Both the position numbers and the translations under genes were made by a program. Under the pieces are notes generated by a model that had not been told where the DNA came from, did not search any database, and worked only from the letters and a program-made list of their open reading frames with translations. Below are positions 1-10,175 of a stretch of 64,000 nucleotides of DNA, piece by piece. The stretch is from NCBI GenBank assembly GCA_012513605.1, contig JAAZBV010000156.1, positions 91,270 through 155,269 on the forward strand, written 5' to 3'. This DNA is from Desulfatiglans sp. (lineage in GTDB: Bacteria; Desulfobacterota; DSM-4660; Desulfatiglandales; HGW-15). Within the stretch, counting starts at the first letter, position 1. Every line of letters starts with the position of its first letter.

Positions 1-670
1 AAGAGCGGTGAAGCCTGTTTCCATAGGTGGACTCTATAAATAGATAATCGGCAGCAAAGATTTCAAACGGGTCTTTTACTATCAACTGGTTCTGTTTACC
101 AATATCCCCTGAGAAAACTATCTTTATCTCCCCACCATTTGTTTCCAGCCATAATTCAAGTATGGAAGAGCCTAAAATATGTCCGGCATTTCTCAGCCTG
201 GCCTTGATCCCCGGTTCTACCTGGATTATGTTATCCCGTTCAACAGAAGAAAAAAGACGAATAGCATCTTCTGCATCTTTTGTTATATACAGAGGCTCGA
301 CTCCTGACCTTGATTGTCTTTTGTTCTTTTTGGTCTGCCACTCTGCATCCATTTCCTGGATATGGGCTGAATCCAGGAGCATTATTTCACATAATTCGGC
401 TGTGGGTGGAGATGTAATTATCCTTCCCGAAAAACCATCTTTTACAAGTTTGGGTATCCTGCCACTGTGATCTATATGCGCATGTGTCAGAAAGAGGGTG
501 CTGATATCTTTCGGGTTAAAACCCCAGTCAGCCCAGTTACGAAGCTCCATCTGTTTATTGCCCTGAAATAGACCGCAGTCGACAAGTATCTTTTTACCCT
601 GTGCGCTTTCCACCAGAAAACTGGAACCTGTTACGCCTCCTGCACCACCCATACACGAAATTCTAATCAT
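1..670 (-). CDS. MBL-fold metallo-hydrolase, beta-CASP (RNA-metabolising) type; partial, 3' end runs off the window
   Basis: Not in the ORF track because no stop lies in the window. Reverse translation from ATG 670-668 gives MIRISCMGGAGGVTGSSFLVESAQGKKILVDCGLFQG...LFLTHAHIDHSGRIP (HxHxDH metal motif). AAGGAAAG lies just upstream. Confidence 0.8.
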   Translation of the reverse strand, partial: MIRISCMGGAGGVTGSSFLVESAQGKKILVDCGLFQGNKQMELRNWADWGFNPKDISTLFLTHAHIDHSGRIPKLVKDGFSGRIITSPPTAELCEIMLLDSAHIQEMDAEWQTKKNKRQSRSGVEPLYITKDAEDAIRLFSSVERDNIIQVEPGIKARLRNAGHILGSSILELWLETNGGEIKIVFSGDIGKQNQLIVKDPFEIFAADYLFIESTYGNRLHRS

Positions 671-740
671 TTTTCTTTCCTTTCTTTGCGGTATTAATTT
701 GATTCTATATAAAAATTGAGCCCCGATTTTTTAACCCGGT

Positions 741-1808
741 TCATGAGATGACCGGGTAGCTGAATTCAATACCCTGGTAATTTTTCACAATTATCTGATC
801 TCCCTTTATTGCGTTTATATATTCAGGCAATAAAGGTATTTTTCCGCCACCATGTGGGAGGTCAATCACAAACCTGGGCACCCCTATGCCTGAAATATTT
901 CCCTGAAGCCCGGCCATTATCTCTATACCTTTAGAAAGAGGTGTCCAGAAATGGGATGTCCCCTTAACCAAGTCTGCCTGAAACAGATAATACGGCTTTA
1001 CGCGAATTGCAAGAAGTCTTCTCATCAGCTCTGAAATAGTTTCAATATCATCATTTACCCCTTTGAGAAGCACAGTCTGACAACCAAGGGGAATGCCGGC
1101 ATCTGCAATCATATTGCAGGCAATGGATGATTCAGGTGTAATCTCCGCAGGGTGATTGAAATGGGTATTAATATAAAGGGGGTGATATTTTTTTAAAATA
1201 TTGAGCAGGTCCGGGGTTACCCTCTGCGGAAGGGTACATGGCGCCCTTGAACCGATCCTGATGATCTCCACATGGCCAATGGCCTTTACCTTTGACAGGA
1301 TACTGTCAAGTCTTTCATCTGAAAGCAGCAGAGGGTCACCCCCTGATAAAAGCACATCCCTTATTGTTTTTGTTTTTGCTATGTAACTTAATCCTTCCTT
1401 TATTGATTCTTCTGTTACCATAGAAGAATGGCCAACCTTTCTTTTTCTATTGCAGAATCTGCAATACATTGCACATCTCCCGGATATCAGAAAAAGCACC
1501 CTGTCAGGATATTTGTGCGTCAGACCCGGTACAGGGGAGAGATTTTCCTCATCAAGGGGGTCAATATAGCCTTTATTGGATTTGATCTCTCTGATATCCG
1601 GTATGGCCTGTTTCATTAAGCGGCTATCTGATCTGATCAGATTAAAATAGTAAGGGTTGATAAGCATCGGGTATGTTTTTGTTACCTGATCAATATCAGA
1701 GAGGTTGAACCCTTCCATATTCGGCAATTCATCAGATCTTTGTATGCTTTTAGCGAGTAAATCTTCCCACAACACTGCTGGATCTTTTCTTTTAAAAATA
1801 ATCTCCAA
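741..1808 (-). CDS. KamA-family radical SAM protein (lysine 2,3-aminomutase / EpmB-like)
   Basis: 355-aa ORF with radical SAM triad CAMYCRFC. KamA-type segments LLSGGDPLLL and KPYYLFQ are present. Confidence 0.8.
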   Translation of the reverse strand: MEIIFKRKDPAVLWEDLLAKSIQRSDELPNMEGFNLSDIDQVTKTYPMLINPYYFNLIRSDSRLMKQAIPDIREIKSNKGYIDPLDEENLSPVPGLTHKYPDRVLFLISGRCAMYCRFCNRKRKVGHSSMVTEESIKEGLSYIAKTKTIRDVLLSGGDPLLLSDERLDSILSKVKAIGHVEIIRIGSRAPCTLPQRVTPDLLNILKKYHPLYINTHFNHPAEITPESSIACNMIADAGIPLGCQTVLLKGVNDDIETISELMRRLLAIRVKPYYLFQADLVKGTSHFWTPLSKGIEIMAGLQGNISGIGVPRFVIDLPHGGGKIPLLPEYINAIKGDQIIVKNYQGIEFSYPVIS

Positions 1809-1831
1809 TCTTTTACCTAAAATGCCTCTTG

Positions 1832-3190
1832 TTAAAACAGTATATCCATTAAATCCAGTACAGAATTTATGCTGTATATCTTAATGTTATGGGGGGCTCT
1901 GCAACCCTCGTAATTACTCTTAGAAAGTATACATTTTTTGAATCCCATTTTTTCAGCCTCCTTTATCCTGGTTTCCGGCTGGATAACCCCTCTTACCTCA
2001 CCGGCAAGACCTACTTCGCCGAATACAACCATCTCCGGGTCAACGGGCCTGTTAAGAAAACTGGAGATCATGGCCGCTACAATGCTCAGGTCAGCGGCCG
2101 GTTCATCTACCTTAAGCCCGCCAGCCACATTTACAAATATATCCTGATCTCCCATTTCAATACCCATTCTTTTTGCAATAACAGCAACCAAGAGTGAGAT
2201 ACGGTTGTGATCTACACCGATTGCTGTTCTCCTTGGCATGCCGAACGGGCTTGGACAAACCAGTGCCTGTATCTCCAGAAGCAGAGGTCGAGTGCCTTCG
2301 AGGCACGGGATTACAATTGATCCGGATGCGTTTTCAGGTCGCTCTTCAAGGAATATCCTTGACGGGTTGCCAACCTGGGAAAGACCGGCCTCCTTCATCT
2401 CAAACACACCTATTTCATTGGTTGACCCGTAACGGTTTTTTATAGCCCTGATTATTCTGAAGGTATGACTCGCATCTCCTTCAAAATAGAGTACTGTGTC
2501 TACAAGATGTTCCAGTATTTTGGGGCCTGCTATTGAACCCTCTTTTGTTATATGCCCGATCAGTATAGTCGGGATACTCTTTTCTTTTGCCCATCTGAGG
2601 ATCTTACCAGATACTTCTCGGATCTGCCCCACACTCCCCGGTGCAGAAGGCAGCGTTTCTGTATATGTAGTCTGTATTGAGTCCACAACAAGCAGATCTG
2701 TCTTTATCTCTCTGATCTTTTCAAAAAGGTCATCTATTCGTGTGCCTGTAACAATAAAAATATTTTCTGAATTTATTGACAGTCTCTGTGCACGGAGTTT
2801 GATTTGCTGAGCAGATTCCTCCCCTGATAAATATATAGTATTCAGGTTTTTAAGGGAGAGTTTCCCCGCTACCTGCAGAATCAGTGTTGATTTTCCTATG
2901 CCCGGTTCTCCTCCTAAAAGTAAAAGGGATCCGGGGACAATACCGCCTCCTATTGCCCTGTCAAATTCATCCAAACCGGTTTTGATCTTGCTGTCAGGGT
3001 TAAACTCAATACTGCTTATCTCCTGAGGTGCACTCATGGTAAGTTGTGAGATCCCGGTTTTTCCTGGATCATGAAAGAGCTCCTCAACTATGCTATCCCA
3101 CTGGTTACAGTCAGGGCATTTTCCAAGCCATTTTGGTGTCTGGTACCCGCAGTTCTGGCAGGTAAAGATAATTTTAGGGTTTTTTGCCAT
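1832..3190 (-). CDS. radA: DNA repair protein RadA
   Basis: 452 aa. Has N-terminal zinc ribbon CQNCGYQTPKWLGKCPDCNQW, Walker A GEPGIGKST, the RadA-specific KNRYG motif and a Lon-like C-terminal domain. Confidence 0.93.
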   Translation of the reverse strand: MAKNPKIIFTCQNCGYQTPKWLGKCPDCNQWDSIVEELFHDPGKTGISQLTMSAPQEISSIEFNPDSKIKTGLDEFDRAIGGGIVPGSLLLLGGEPGIGKSTLILQVAGKLSLKNLNTIYLSGEESAQQIKLRAQRLSINSENIFIVTGTRIDDLFEKIREIKTDLLVVDSIQTTYTETLPSAPGSVGQIREVSGKILRWAKEKSIPTILIGHITKEGSIAGPKILEHLVDTVLYFEGDASHTFRIIRAIKNRYGSTNEIGVFEMKEAGLSQVGNPSRIFLEERPENASGSIVIPCLEGTRPLLLEIQALVCPSPFGMPRRTAIGVDHNRISLLVAVIAKRMGIEMGDQDIFVNVAGGLKVDEPAADLSIVAAMISSFLNRPVDPEMVVFGEVGLAGEVRGVIQPETRIKEAEKMGFKKCILSKSNYEGCRAPHNIKIYSINSVLDLMDILF

Positions 3191-3211
3191 GAGTATATCT
3201 GGAATATCCTG

Positions 3212-3736
3212 CTATTTAAATCTTATTTCTGCTCCCTGGGTTTTTGATAGTTCTATCAATTCTGTTCGCCATTTTTCTATTCCGTTGCGCCCCTCTTCAA
3301 ATTTTTTATTTCCCTGCTCTATAATTTTATAATCCTTATTTTCAAGCCCTATCATAATCATCTGAAATCCTTCCATGGTAGAATCCGCAGCTTTAAGATA
3401 AAAGGAGTGTACCTGTCTCACCTCAAGTGTTTCGGGCCTTATTTCTCTGAGACCGGTTAAAAATCGTTTATAGGTCGGAATTATGAATTCCTTCAGAGTA
3501 TCAAGAAGCTTTTGGTCAGTTGTTGCATTTTCACCTGTAACTGATGCGTAAGCCTCAAGTGATTTTTGTTCAAGCTCAGAAATAGCAATCAACCCCTGAT
3601 TTACATAATTCACAATATCACTGGCAGCTGGTCCTGATAAAAGTTTCCCACCGCTGTTTTTTTCGCCTGAAGCGCAGCTAAAGAATATGATGAAAAAAAT
3701 AACAAAGGTGAGATAAAGAAATTTCAAGTGTTTCAT
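3212..3736 (-). CDS. hypothetical lipoprotein
   Basis: 174 aa with a hydrophobic N-terminus ending in the lipobox-like FFSC. No family recognised. Confidence 0.6.
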   Translation of the reverse strand: MKHLKFLYLTFVIFFIIFFSCASGEKNSGGKLLSGPAASDIVNYVNQGLIAISELEQKSLEAYASVTGENATTDQKLLDTLKEFIIPTYKRFLTGLREIRPETLEVRQVHSFYLKAADSTMEGFQMIMIGLENKDYKIIEQGNKKFEEGRNGIEKWRTELIELSKTQGAEIRFK

Positions 3737-4025
3737 TTTTTACCCTCATTTCAATTGAATTAATATAATTATAGTCGCTGTAAAGGTAATATTAATATTG
3801 AGGAAATATCAAGTTAAATATCAGAGCATTGGTCTAACTTTTTTTATTGATTTTGTCTGCATTCTGCATTATAAATATAAAAATCTTCTTATTAGTGATT
3901 TCATTTACAATAAATAGAGGAAAAAAAGACAGTTTTAAAAAAAAGCTTGACTATGTTTTATTATTGTTATTTAATCCTGTCTTCATGAATGGGAGGGGCT
4001 AAACATTAACCTAGGAGGGTTTAAG

Positions 4026-4280
4026 ATGAAAAGAAGTTTTTCATGGAAAATTGTTGTTAGTATTTTGTCATTGGCGTTGATTCTGGTACCTGTAACTTCA
4101 TCTGTTTCATTTGCCCAGGCTGAATCAGGAGCAGCATCAGCAGGCGCAGCAGGCGCAGGCGGGGCAGCTGGACTCAGTACAGCCGCTATTGTTGGTATTT
4201 CCGCAGCAGTTGTTGCAGTTGGTGTTGCAGTAGCAGCAGCTATAGATGATGATGACAACGCTGCGGCTCACCACCACTAA
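4026..4280 (+). CDS. small secreted/membrane Ala-Gly-rich protein with acidic-His tail
   Basis: 84 aa. GGAGGG RBS lies 8 nt upstream. The signal peptide ends SFAQA|E. It is followed by a Gly/Ala tract, a hydrophobic helix (IVGISAAVVAVGVAVAAAI) and the tail DDDDNAAAHHH. It has its own terminator-like hairpin downstream. Confidence 0.6.
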   Translation: MKRSFSWKIVVSILSLALILVPVTSSVSFAQAESGAASAGAAGAGGAAGLSTAAIVGISAAVVAVGVAVAAAIDDDDNAAAHHH

Positions 4281-4306
4281 TAATTATTTACAACAAATGT
4301 TTTTAA

Positions 4307-4340
4307 GGGGACCTGTATTTCAGGCCCCCTAATTTGTTTT
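4307..4340 (+). terminator. rho-independent terminator-like hairpin after the small ORF
   Basis: ggggacctg / caggcccc stem with one bulge, followed by the T-rich run taatttgtttt. Confidence 0.5.
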
Positions 4341-4538
4341 ATCCTTTCCTGTAAAAAATATATCTCTATTTTTTATTAGGCCTGCCTTCAAATTTTTTGA
4401 ATCCTTTATTCCTCTTTATTTATCAATATTTATTTATGCCTTGATGTTTAATTCTTGATAAAAGGGTGGTTGTAATATATATATCCGATGATGTTTGGAA
4501 AATTACATCTGACCGGTTTTTAATTAATTGATATTACT

Positions 4539-7403
4539 TTGAAATGTATGAAAGGTGTCTTAACGATGATCTCTTTTTCATGCCGCAAATTTTTTAAGCT
4601 TTTTTCACTTTTTATTTTGTTATTTATTATGCCTTTTCCCCAATACTCTCTTGCTCAGACCTCAAGGTCTCCCTTAGGACAGAGCTCAAAAGTAAAAACA
4701 GGGGTTTCCTCAATAGCCACACTAGGCACAGGCATTAAAGACTATGGATATAAAAGGTCATTAAACGAATCGGTTAAAGAAGAGATAATCAGTCTTCTTA
4801 CTGCAGAAGAGCTACCCCTGCTATTTGAAAAGCTTGATGATGCAGACAGGCAGGATCTATTTAGTCATCTTTCCCCCTCACAGAAAAGAGTTGTTTTTGT
4901 TACAATTGCTGATAGTGAAAAACAAAAGATATTTCAGACTCTTGGCGATAAAGACAAAATTGATCTTTTTGCTTTAATTGATGATAAGGAGAGGATGATT
5001 CTACTGAGCAACCTTGGGTACATGGAAAAATCCAGGCTTATAAACAGCCTTTCTATCTCTGAAAAAAAGATATGGCTGGAAAAGTATCCTGAATTAGCCT
5101 CTTCAATTGAATTAAAAGGGGAGGAGTTTGTACCGGAAGGGGCTGAAAAAAAGAATTCAAGGCTTGAAGAGCTTTTTTCAGGCCAGTTTCCTTCAAGTAT
5201 TGATAAGGATATTCGACAGTTCGGATATGATTTTTTTATACAGAAATCAACATTTACACCAGAAAAAAACGTGCCCGTGGGCAGTGATTATTATATAGGT
5301 CCAGGTGACTCTTTTACCATTAACCTCTGGGGAAATGTTGAAGAGGCTCATTATGCAACAGTATCAAGGGATGGCACTATTACCCTTTCCAGGCTTGGAA
5401 CCCTTTCAGTCAGCGGGTTGACATTTTCTGAACTGAAAATTTTTTTATACAACCGATTCAAGGAGTATTATCCAGATTTTAAAATGAACATTGCAATGGA
5501 TGCCCTCAAATCCATTGATATATTCATGGTCGGTGAGTTGAATAACCCTGGCACTTACAGCCTGAGTTCTCTTTCCACTGTTGTGTCAGCCCTGTATGCA
5601 TCAGGCGGCCCCAATAAGAACGGCACACTGAGAAATATTAGCATTCTGAATAATGATGAACTGGTAAAAACAATCGATCTGTATGATTTTTTCATCCGTG
5701 GCGCAAAAGGTGATGATATTACCATTAAACAGGGTTATACGGTATTTGTCCCTGTTATCGGCCCGACAGTTGCGGTTGCTGGTCATGTCAAGAGACCTGC
5801 CATTTATGAGATAAAAGAGGGGCAGACACTTGAACAGGTAATAGATTATGCAGGGGGGCTACTCCCCACAAGTCATCTCCAGAATATAATAGTCGAGAGA
5901 ATTGTGGGGCAAAAAGGGAGGGTAATAGTCAGCTTTGATATTGACTCTTCAAATGAAAAAAACACCCAGAATCTGAAAACAGTTTTGAAAGATGGTGACC
6001 TGGTCAAGATATACCCTGTACATAAAAATATTGAAAAGGTGGTATACCTTGAGGGTAATGTTAAATACCCCAATGAATATGAATTAAAGAACGGGATGAA
6101 ATTGAAGGATATTATTCCTTCATACGATTACCTGTTACCTGAGTCTTACCTTCCTCAGGCTGAGATTCTGAGGCTGGTGCCACCGAATCTCCACCCTGAA
6201 ATAAAGACATTTGATCTTGGAAAGATGCTAGACGGAGACGAGGGTCAGAATCTCGCCCTTCATGACAGAGACAGGATTACAATCTACAATGCATGGGAAA
6301 AGCAGAATATTCCGGAGGTAACTATAAGTGGCGCAGTGAGAAATCCCGGTATATTCCGGCTCTATAAAGATATGACAGTAAAAGACCTGATATTCGCAGC
6401 AGGTAATTCAACTAAAGATGCATATCTTGAAAAGGGCGAGCTTACACGGGTGCTTTCAGGTGATTCAGGCGCAGATATTGTCAAGCTAGAATTTTCACCA
6501 AAAAGGGCAACTGAGGGCTCTCCTCAAGATAACATTATCCTTAAGGAAGATGACAAGGTTTTCATTAGAGAGATCCCCAAATATAAAACTTCGCTTGAAA
6601 AAAAGGTATATCTCGAAGGAGAGTTCAGGTTTCCCGGCGAATATAGCTTTAAGGAGGGTGAAACTATCTCATCTGTAATAGAAAGGGCAGGCGGTCTGAC
6701 AGAAGAGGCATATCCTTATGGCGCTGTTTTTACCCGTGAATCAGTAAAAGATATACAATCGGAGAGAAAAAGAGAATACATAGAAAAGCTTGAGCAGGAT
6801 ATCTTTACTATCAGTGCATATTCTGCTGAAACATCGCTTGATGCCTCACAGGCCAGTGTTGCCCTGCAGACACTTAATGCAAAAAGAGAGATGCTGGAAA
6901 AACTGAAACAGGCTGAGCCGACGGGGCGTATGATAATCAATATCCTTGACGCAGTGCTTATACCATCAGGTGATAATGATTTAGCGCTTAGGGCTGGTGA
7001 CAGGCTTATTGTAGGAAAAAGACCTGATTCTGTCTTTGTCATAGGAGAGGTATATAATCCGAATGCAATTATCCACAGGTCAGGCAGTGATGTGGGTGAT
7101 TATCTGAATCTTGTAGGTGGCATTACAGGAAATGCAGATAAGAAACAGCTTTATATTGTACGGGCAGATGGCACTGTAATGAGTAAAAAACAGGAGAAAT
7201 TCGGATTGTTTAACTGGGACAGTTCATCACACAGGTGGGGATTTGGTTCCTTTAAGAGTGTTAAAATGGAACCGGGAGATACTATAATTGTACCTAAAAA
7301 GGTTCTTCAATTCAGTTGGCTTAAATGGTTTAAAGACACAACAAGTGTTTTATATCAACTAGCAGTCTCAGCCGGGGTATTGAATGATATATTAAAAGAT
7401 TAA
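4539..7403 (+). CDS. polysaccharide export protein (Wza/OPX-like with multiple SLBB repeats)
   Basis: 954-aa ORF with signal peptide (...QYSLAQ). Poly-export motif region YYIGPGDSFTINLWG is followed by repeated SLBB-like beta-grasp units (GDxVxI/V patterns). The start is ambiguous: TTG 4539, ATG 4548, or ATG 4566 (the last has AAAGGTG upstream). Confidence 0.8.
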   Translation: MKCMKGVLTMISFSCRKFFKLFSLFILLFIMPFPQYSLAQTSRSPLGQSSKVKTGVSSIATLGTGIKDYGYKRSLNESVKEEIISLLTAEELPLLFEKLDDADRQDLFSHLSPSQKRVVFVTIADSEKQKIFQTLGDKDKIDLFALIDDKERMILLSNLGYMEKSRLINSLSISEKKIWLEKYPELASSIELKGEEFVPEGAEKKNSRLEELFSGQFPSSIDKDIRQFGYDFFIQKSTFTPEKNVPVGSDYYIGPGDSFTINLWGNVEEAHYATVSRDGTITLSRLGTLSVSGLTFSELKIFLYNRFKEYYPDFKMNIAMDALKSIDIFMVGELNNPGTYSLSSLSTVVSALYASGGPNKNGTLRNISILNNDELVKTIDLYDFFIRGAKGDDITIKQGYTVFVPVIGPTVAVAGHVKRPAIYEIKEGQTLEQVIDYAGGLLPTSHLQNIIVERIVGQKGRVIVSFDIDSSNEKNTQNLKTVLKDGDLVKIYPVHKNIEKVVYLEGNVKYPNEYELKNGMKLKDIIPSYDYLLPESYLPQAEILRLVPPNLHPEIKTFDLGKMLDGDEGQNLALHDRDRITIYNAWEKQNIPEVTISGAVRNPGIFRLYKDMTVKDLIFAAGNSTKDAYLEKGELTRVLSGDSGADIVKLEFSPKRATEGSPQDNIILKEDDKVFIREIPKYKTSLEKKVYLEGEFRFPGEYSFKEGETISSVIERAGGLTEEAYPYGAVFTRESVKDIQSERKREYIEKLEQDIFTISAYSAETSLDASQASVALQTLNAKREMLEKLKQAEPTGRMIINILDAVLIPSGDNDLALRAGDRLIVGKRPDSVFVIGEVYNPNAIIHRSGSDVGDYLNLVGGITGNADKKQLYIVRADGTVMSKKQEKFGLFNWDSSSHRWGFGSFKSVKMEPGDTIIVPKKVLQFSWLKWFKDTTSVLYQLAVSAGVLNDILKD

Positions 7404-7431
7404 TGGAATCCACTGATTGATTGTTTTTCTG

Positions 7432-7465
7432 ACAGGCATCACTGAAAAGTGATGCCTGTTTTTTG
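7432..7465 (+). terminator. rho-independent terminator
   Basis: Perfect 12-bp stem acaggcatcact/agtgatgcctgt with a 4-nt loop and a following TTTTTT run. It sits between convergent genes. Confidence 0.8.
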
Positions 7466-7476
7466 CCTCTGTCAAG

Positions 7477-9972
7477 CTACCCGCATTTTGAATAACCGCA
7501 TGAATGGCATATCATACAACCCTCTTCAAAACTTATTGTTTGTCCGCATTCAGGACATTTTTCACCCATAAAGGTATTTGAAGAGTTAGATGGTGTACTT
7601 TTATTTACTTTACCATTCATGTACCTGTTTTTCAGTACCCGTCCTATGGCATCAGGAATAGAAAGCACAAGCCCATCCTTCTGGAAGATCGGATATTCGC
7701 CTCCTATACCCTCAATCTGTTTTACGATTTTTTCTACCTCAACCCCGGATCTGAGGGCAAGCGAAACTAGACGGCCTATAGCCTCTGTCTTGGCCGTTGT
7801 TGATCTGCCGGATTTACCAATGGTTGCAAAAACTTCAAACGGTTTCCCATCCATCTCTGTAACCGTTACATACAGATTCCCCATGCCTGTCATCATCTTT
7901 GATGTAAAACCTTCGAGTGTCTCAGGCCGTTCCTTGATATCAGCTAGATTTGTTACAGTCTTTCCCTTTTCTTTTTCACTGAAACTCAAGACCTGATTTT
8001 CTTTGCTCCCGTCTCTGTAAATGGTAACCCCCTTGCACCCCAGTTCGTAGGCTGTGTTATATACCTTTCTTACATCCTCAACCGTGGCATCCATAGGCAG
8101 GTTAACAGTTTTAGAGACAGCATTGTCTGTATGTTTCTGGAATGCAGCCTGCATTAGGATGTGCCATTCAGGTGTAACATCATGGGCTGTAACAAATATC
8201 TCCCTTACATCAGTAGGGATCTGCTTTAGTTCATGAATAGAACCTCTTTTTGCGATAATATCCATCAGCTCAGCGCTGTAAAAACCCCTTTCTCTGGCGA
8301 TTGTCTCAAAATAGGGGTTAACCTCTGTCAGGATACTATTATCCATTACTCTTCTAACAAAGCTTAATGCAAAGAGGGGTTCGATGCCACTGGAACATCC
8401 TGCGAGTATGCTCAGTGTACCTGTTGGGGCGATTGTGGTAGTTGTTGCATTCCGGTATCTTTTATTTTCCTGATCCTTGAATATACTGTAGTTGAAATTT
8501 TCAAATACCCCACGCTCCTCAGCAAGGAATTTGGATGCCTCATGGGATTCCTTCTGTATGAAACTCATAACCTCTTCAGCTGTTTCAAGTGCCTTCTCTG
8601 AATTGTATGGTATCTTAAGCTGGTAAAGCATATCTGCAAAACCCATAATGCCCAGCCCTATCTTTCTGTTTCCTTTTACCATTGCATCTATTTCAGGCAG
8701 GGGATATTTTGACATATCAATGGTGTTATCCAGGAACCTGACGCTCCACCATACTAATTCCTTTAACCCTTCATAGTCTATTTTAGGTTCTACCTGATTC
8801 TCGATCACATATTTGGCGAGATTGATAGAACCTAGGTTACATGCCTCCATTGGTAGAAGAGGTTGTTCTCCGCACGGGTTGGTGCTCTCAATTTGACCAA
8901 GTTCAGGTGTAGGGTTATCCCGGTTAATCCTGTCAAGAAAGACAATCCCCGGGTCCCCGTTCTGCCATGCCTGTGTTAAGAGCGCATTATAGACATCTGT
9001 GCTGCTCATCTCGCCTGCCTTACGTCCGTCCCTCGGGTCTATAAGATCATATTTTTCACCTTTTTTCAGTGCCTGCATGAATTTATCAGTAACACCTACT
9101 GAGATGTTGAAGTTGTTTAATTCCCTGTTATCACGTTTACAGTATATGAATTCCATAATATCAGGATGATCAATCCTCAGTATCCCCATATTGGCGCCCC
9201 TTCGGGTCCCGCCCTGTTTGACCTGTTCTGTTGCCGTATTGAATATCTTCATAAAGGATATTGGGCCGGAGGCTACACCGCCAGTTGTTCCAACCCTGCT
9301 GCTTGTGGGCCTGAGCCTGGAAAAGGAAAATCCTGTGCCGCCACCTGATTTATGAATCAGTGCGGCATTTTTCAGGGAATCAAATATGGCATCCATGCTG
9401 TCTTCTACAGGAAGCACAAAGCATGCGGCAAGCTGACCCAGGTGCCTGCCGGCATTCATGAGTGTGGGTGAATTGGGCAGAAACCTGAATTCAGTCATCA
9501 TGCGGTAAAAATTTTCCTCAACCTTTTCAATAGAGGATTCGTTGCCATATTTTTTTTCAGCGAGGGCGATATGGTGCGCTACCCTTTTAAATAATTGTTC
9601 GGGTGTTTCAACCACATTTCCATTACTGTCCTTTTTCAGGTATCTGGTTTTTAAAACAGTATAGGCATTTTCAGATAAATTTATCTTCTCTTTAAGAAAA
9701 AATGAGCCCTCAAGTTTTATGGGTGTATTTTTTTTAAGGCCATATTCAAGCAGTTTAGCTTCCACAATTTCTTCCAGCAGTGGGATGGTTATGGTCTTCA
9801 GGTCCATCTGGTGTATTTCTTCCCTGAGCGCCCTGCTTATATCCATTGCACACGAGCTGTCTATTGAACTCTCCCTTATCAGCATATCTGAAAAGAGGTT
9901 ATCATCCCACCTGTAAGCTGCAAGATCAAAAGTACCATCTTTTGTCACAAGGAATTTACTCTGCTGACCCAT
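7477..9972 (-). CDS. nrdJ: adenosylcobalamin-dependent (class II) ribonucleotide reductase
   Basis: 831 aa with an ATP-cone-like N-terminus, active-site segment ESTNPCGEQPLLP, and Cys-rich C-terminal tail CPECG...CHSCG. GGAGGGTGG RBS. Confidence 0.9.
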   Translation of the reverse strand: MGQQSKFLVTKDGTFDLAAYRWDDNLFSDMLIRESSIDSSCAMDISRALREEIHQMDLKTITIPLLEEIVEAKLLEYGLKKNTPIKLEGSFFLKEKINLSENAYTVLKTRYLKKDSNGNVVETPEQLFKRVAHHIALAEKKYGNESSIEKVEENFYRMMTEFRFLPNSPTLMNAGRHLGQLAACFVLPVEDSMDAIFDSLKNAALIHKSGGGTGFSFSRLRPTSSRVGTTGGVASGPISFMKIFNTATEQVKQGGTRRGANMGILRIDHPDIMEFIYCKRDNRELNNFNISVGVTDKFMQALKKGEKYDLIDPRDGRKAGEMSSTDVYNALLTQAWQNGDPGIVFLDRINRDNPTPELGQIESTNPCGEQPLLPMEACNLGSINLAKYVIENQVEPKIDYEGLKELVWWSVRFLDNTIDMSKYPLPEIDAMVKGNRKIGLGIMGFADMLYQLKIPYNSEKALETAEEVMSFIQKESHEASKFLAEERGVFENFNYSIFKDQENKRYRNATTTTIAPTGTLSILAGCSSGIEPLFALSFVRRVMDNSILTEVNPYFETIARERGFYSAELMDIIAKRGSIHELKQIPTDVREIFVTAHDVTPEWHILMQAAFQKHTDNAVSKTVNLPMDATVEDVRKVYNTAYELGCKGVTIYRDGSKENQVLSFSEKEKGKTVTNLADIKERPETLEGFTSKMMTGMGNLYVTVTEMDGKPFEVFATIGKSGRSTTAKTEAIGRLVSLALRSGVEVEKIVKQIEGIGGEYPIFQKDGLVLSIPDAIGRVLKNRYMNGKVNKSTPSNSSNTFMGEKCPECGQTISFEEGCMICHSCGYSKCG

Positions 9973-10175
9973 TTACCACCCTCCATAAAATTAATTGACC
10001 GCCTATATTTTATATTAATTATAATAATATATCATTTTCCCCGTGATGAAAAAGGAATGAAAAATCATTCGCTAAAACAATAGTAAAGAGCCAGATTATC
10101 ACCTCTTCTATCATGTTTTATGCTGATGATTTAAATTGTTTATATACCCTTATATTGAATGAAGCGCATTCTAGG

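Noticed and set aside
3983-4258. A 91-aa Ala/Pro/Thr-rich ORF antisense to the small secreted protein gene.
   Set aside because: It is open only because the GCN-rich repeat is stop-free on both strands. It has no RBS or signal features, whereas the plus-strand ORF has both.
4250-4280. The DDDD...AAAHHH tail as a possible engineered enterokinase/His-tag remnant.
   Set aside because: It has only three His, no Lys after DDDD, and no vector-type restriction site (gctgcggct is not NotI). The surrounding sequence is native-looking.
9973-10175. A cobalamin riboswitch upstream of nrdJ, and also upstream of the TonB-dependent receptor at 39615-39900.
   Set aside because: I saw no B12-box-like GCCACTG core or conserved stems by eye. 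B12-dependent RNRs are not normally repressed by B12 riboswitches.
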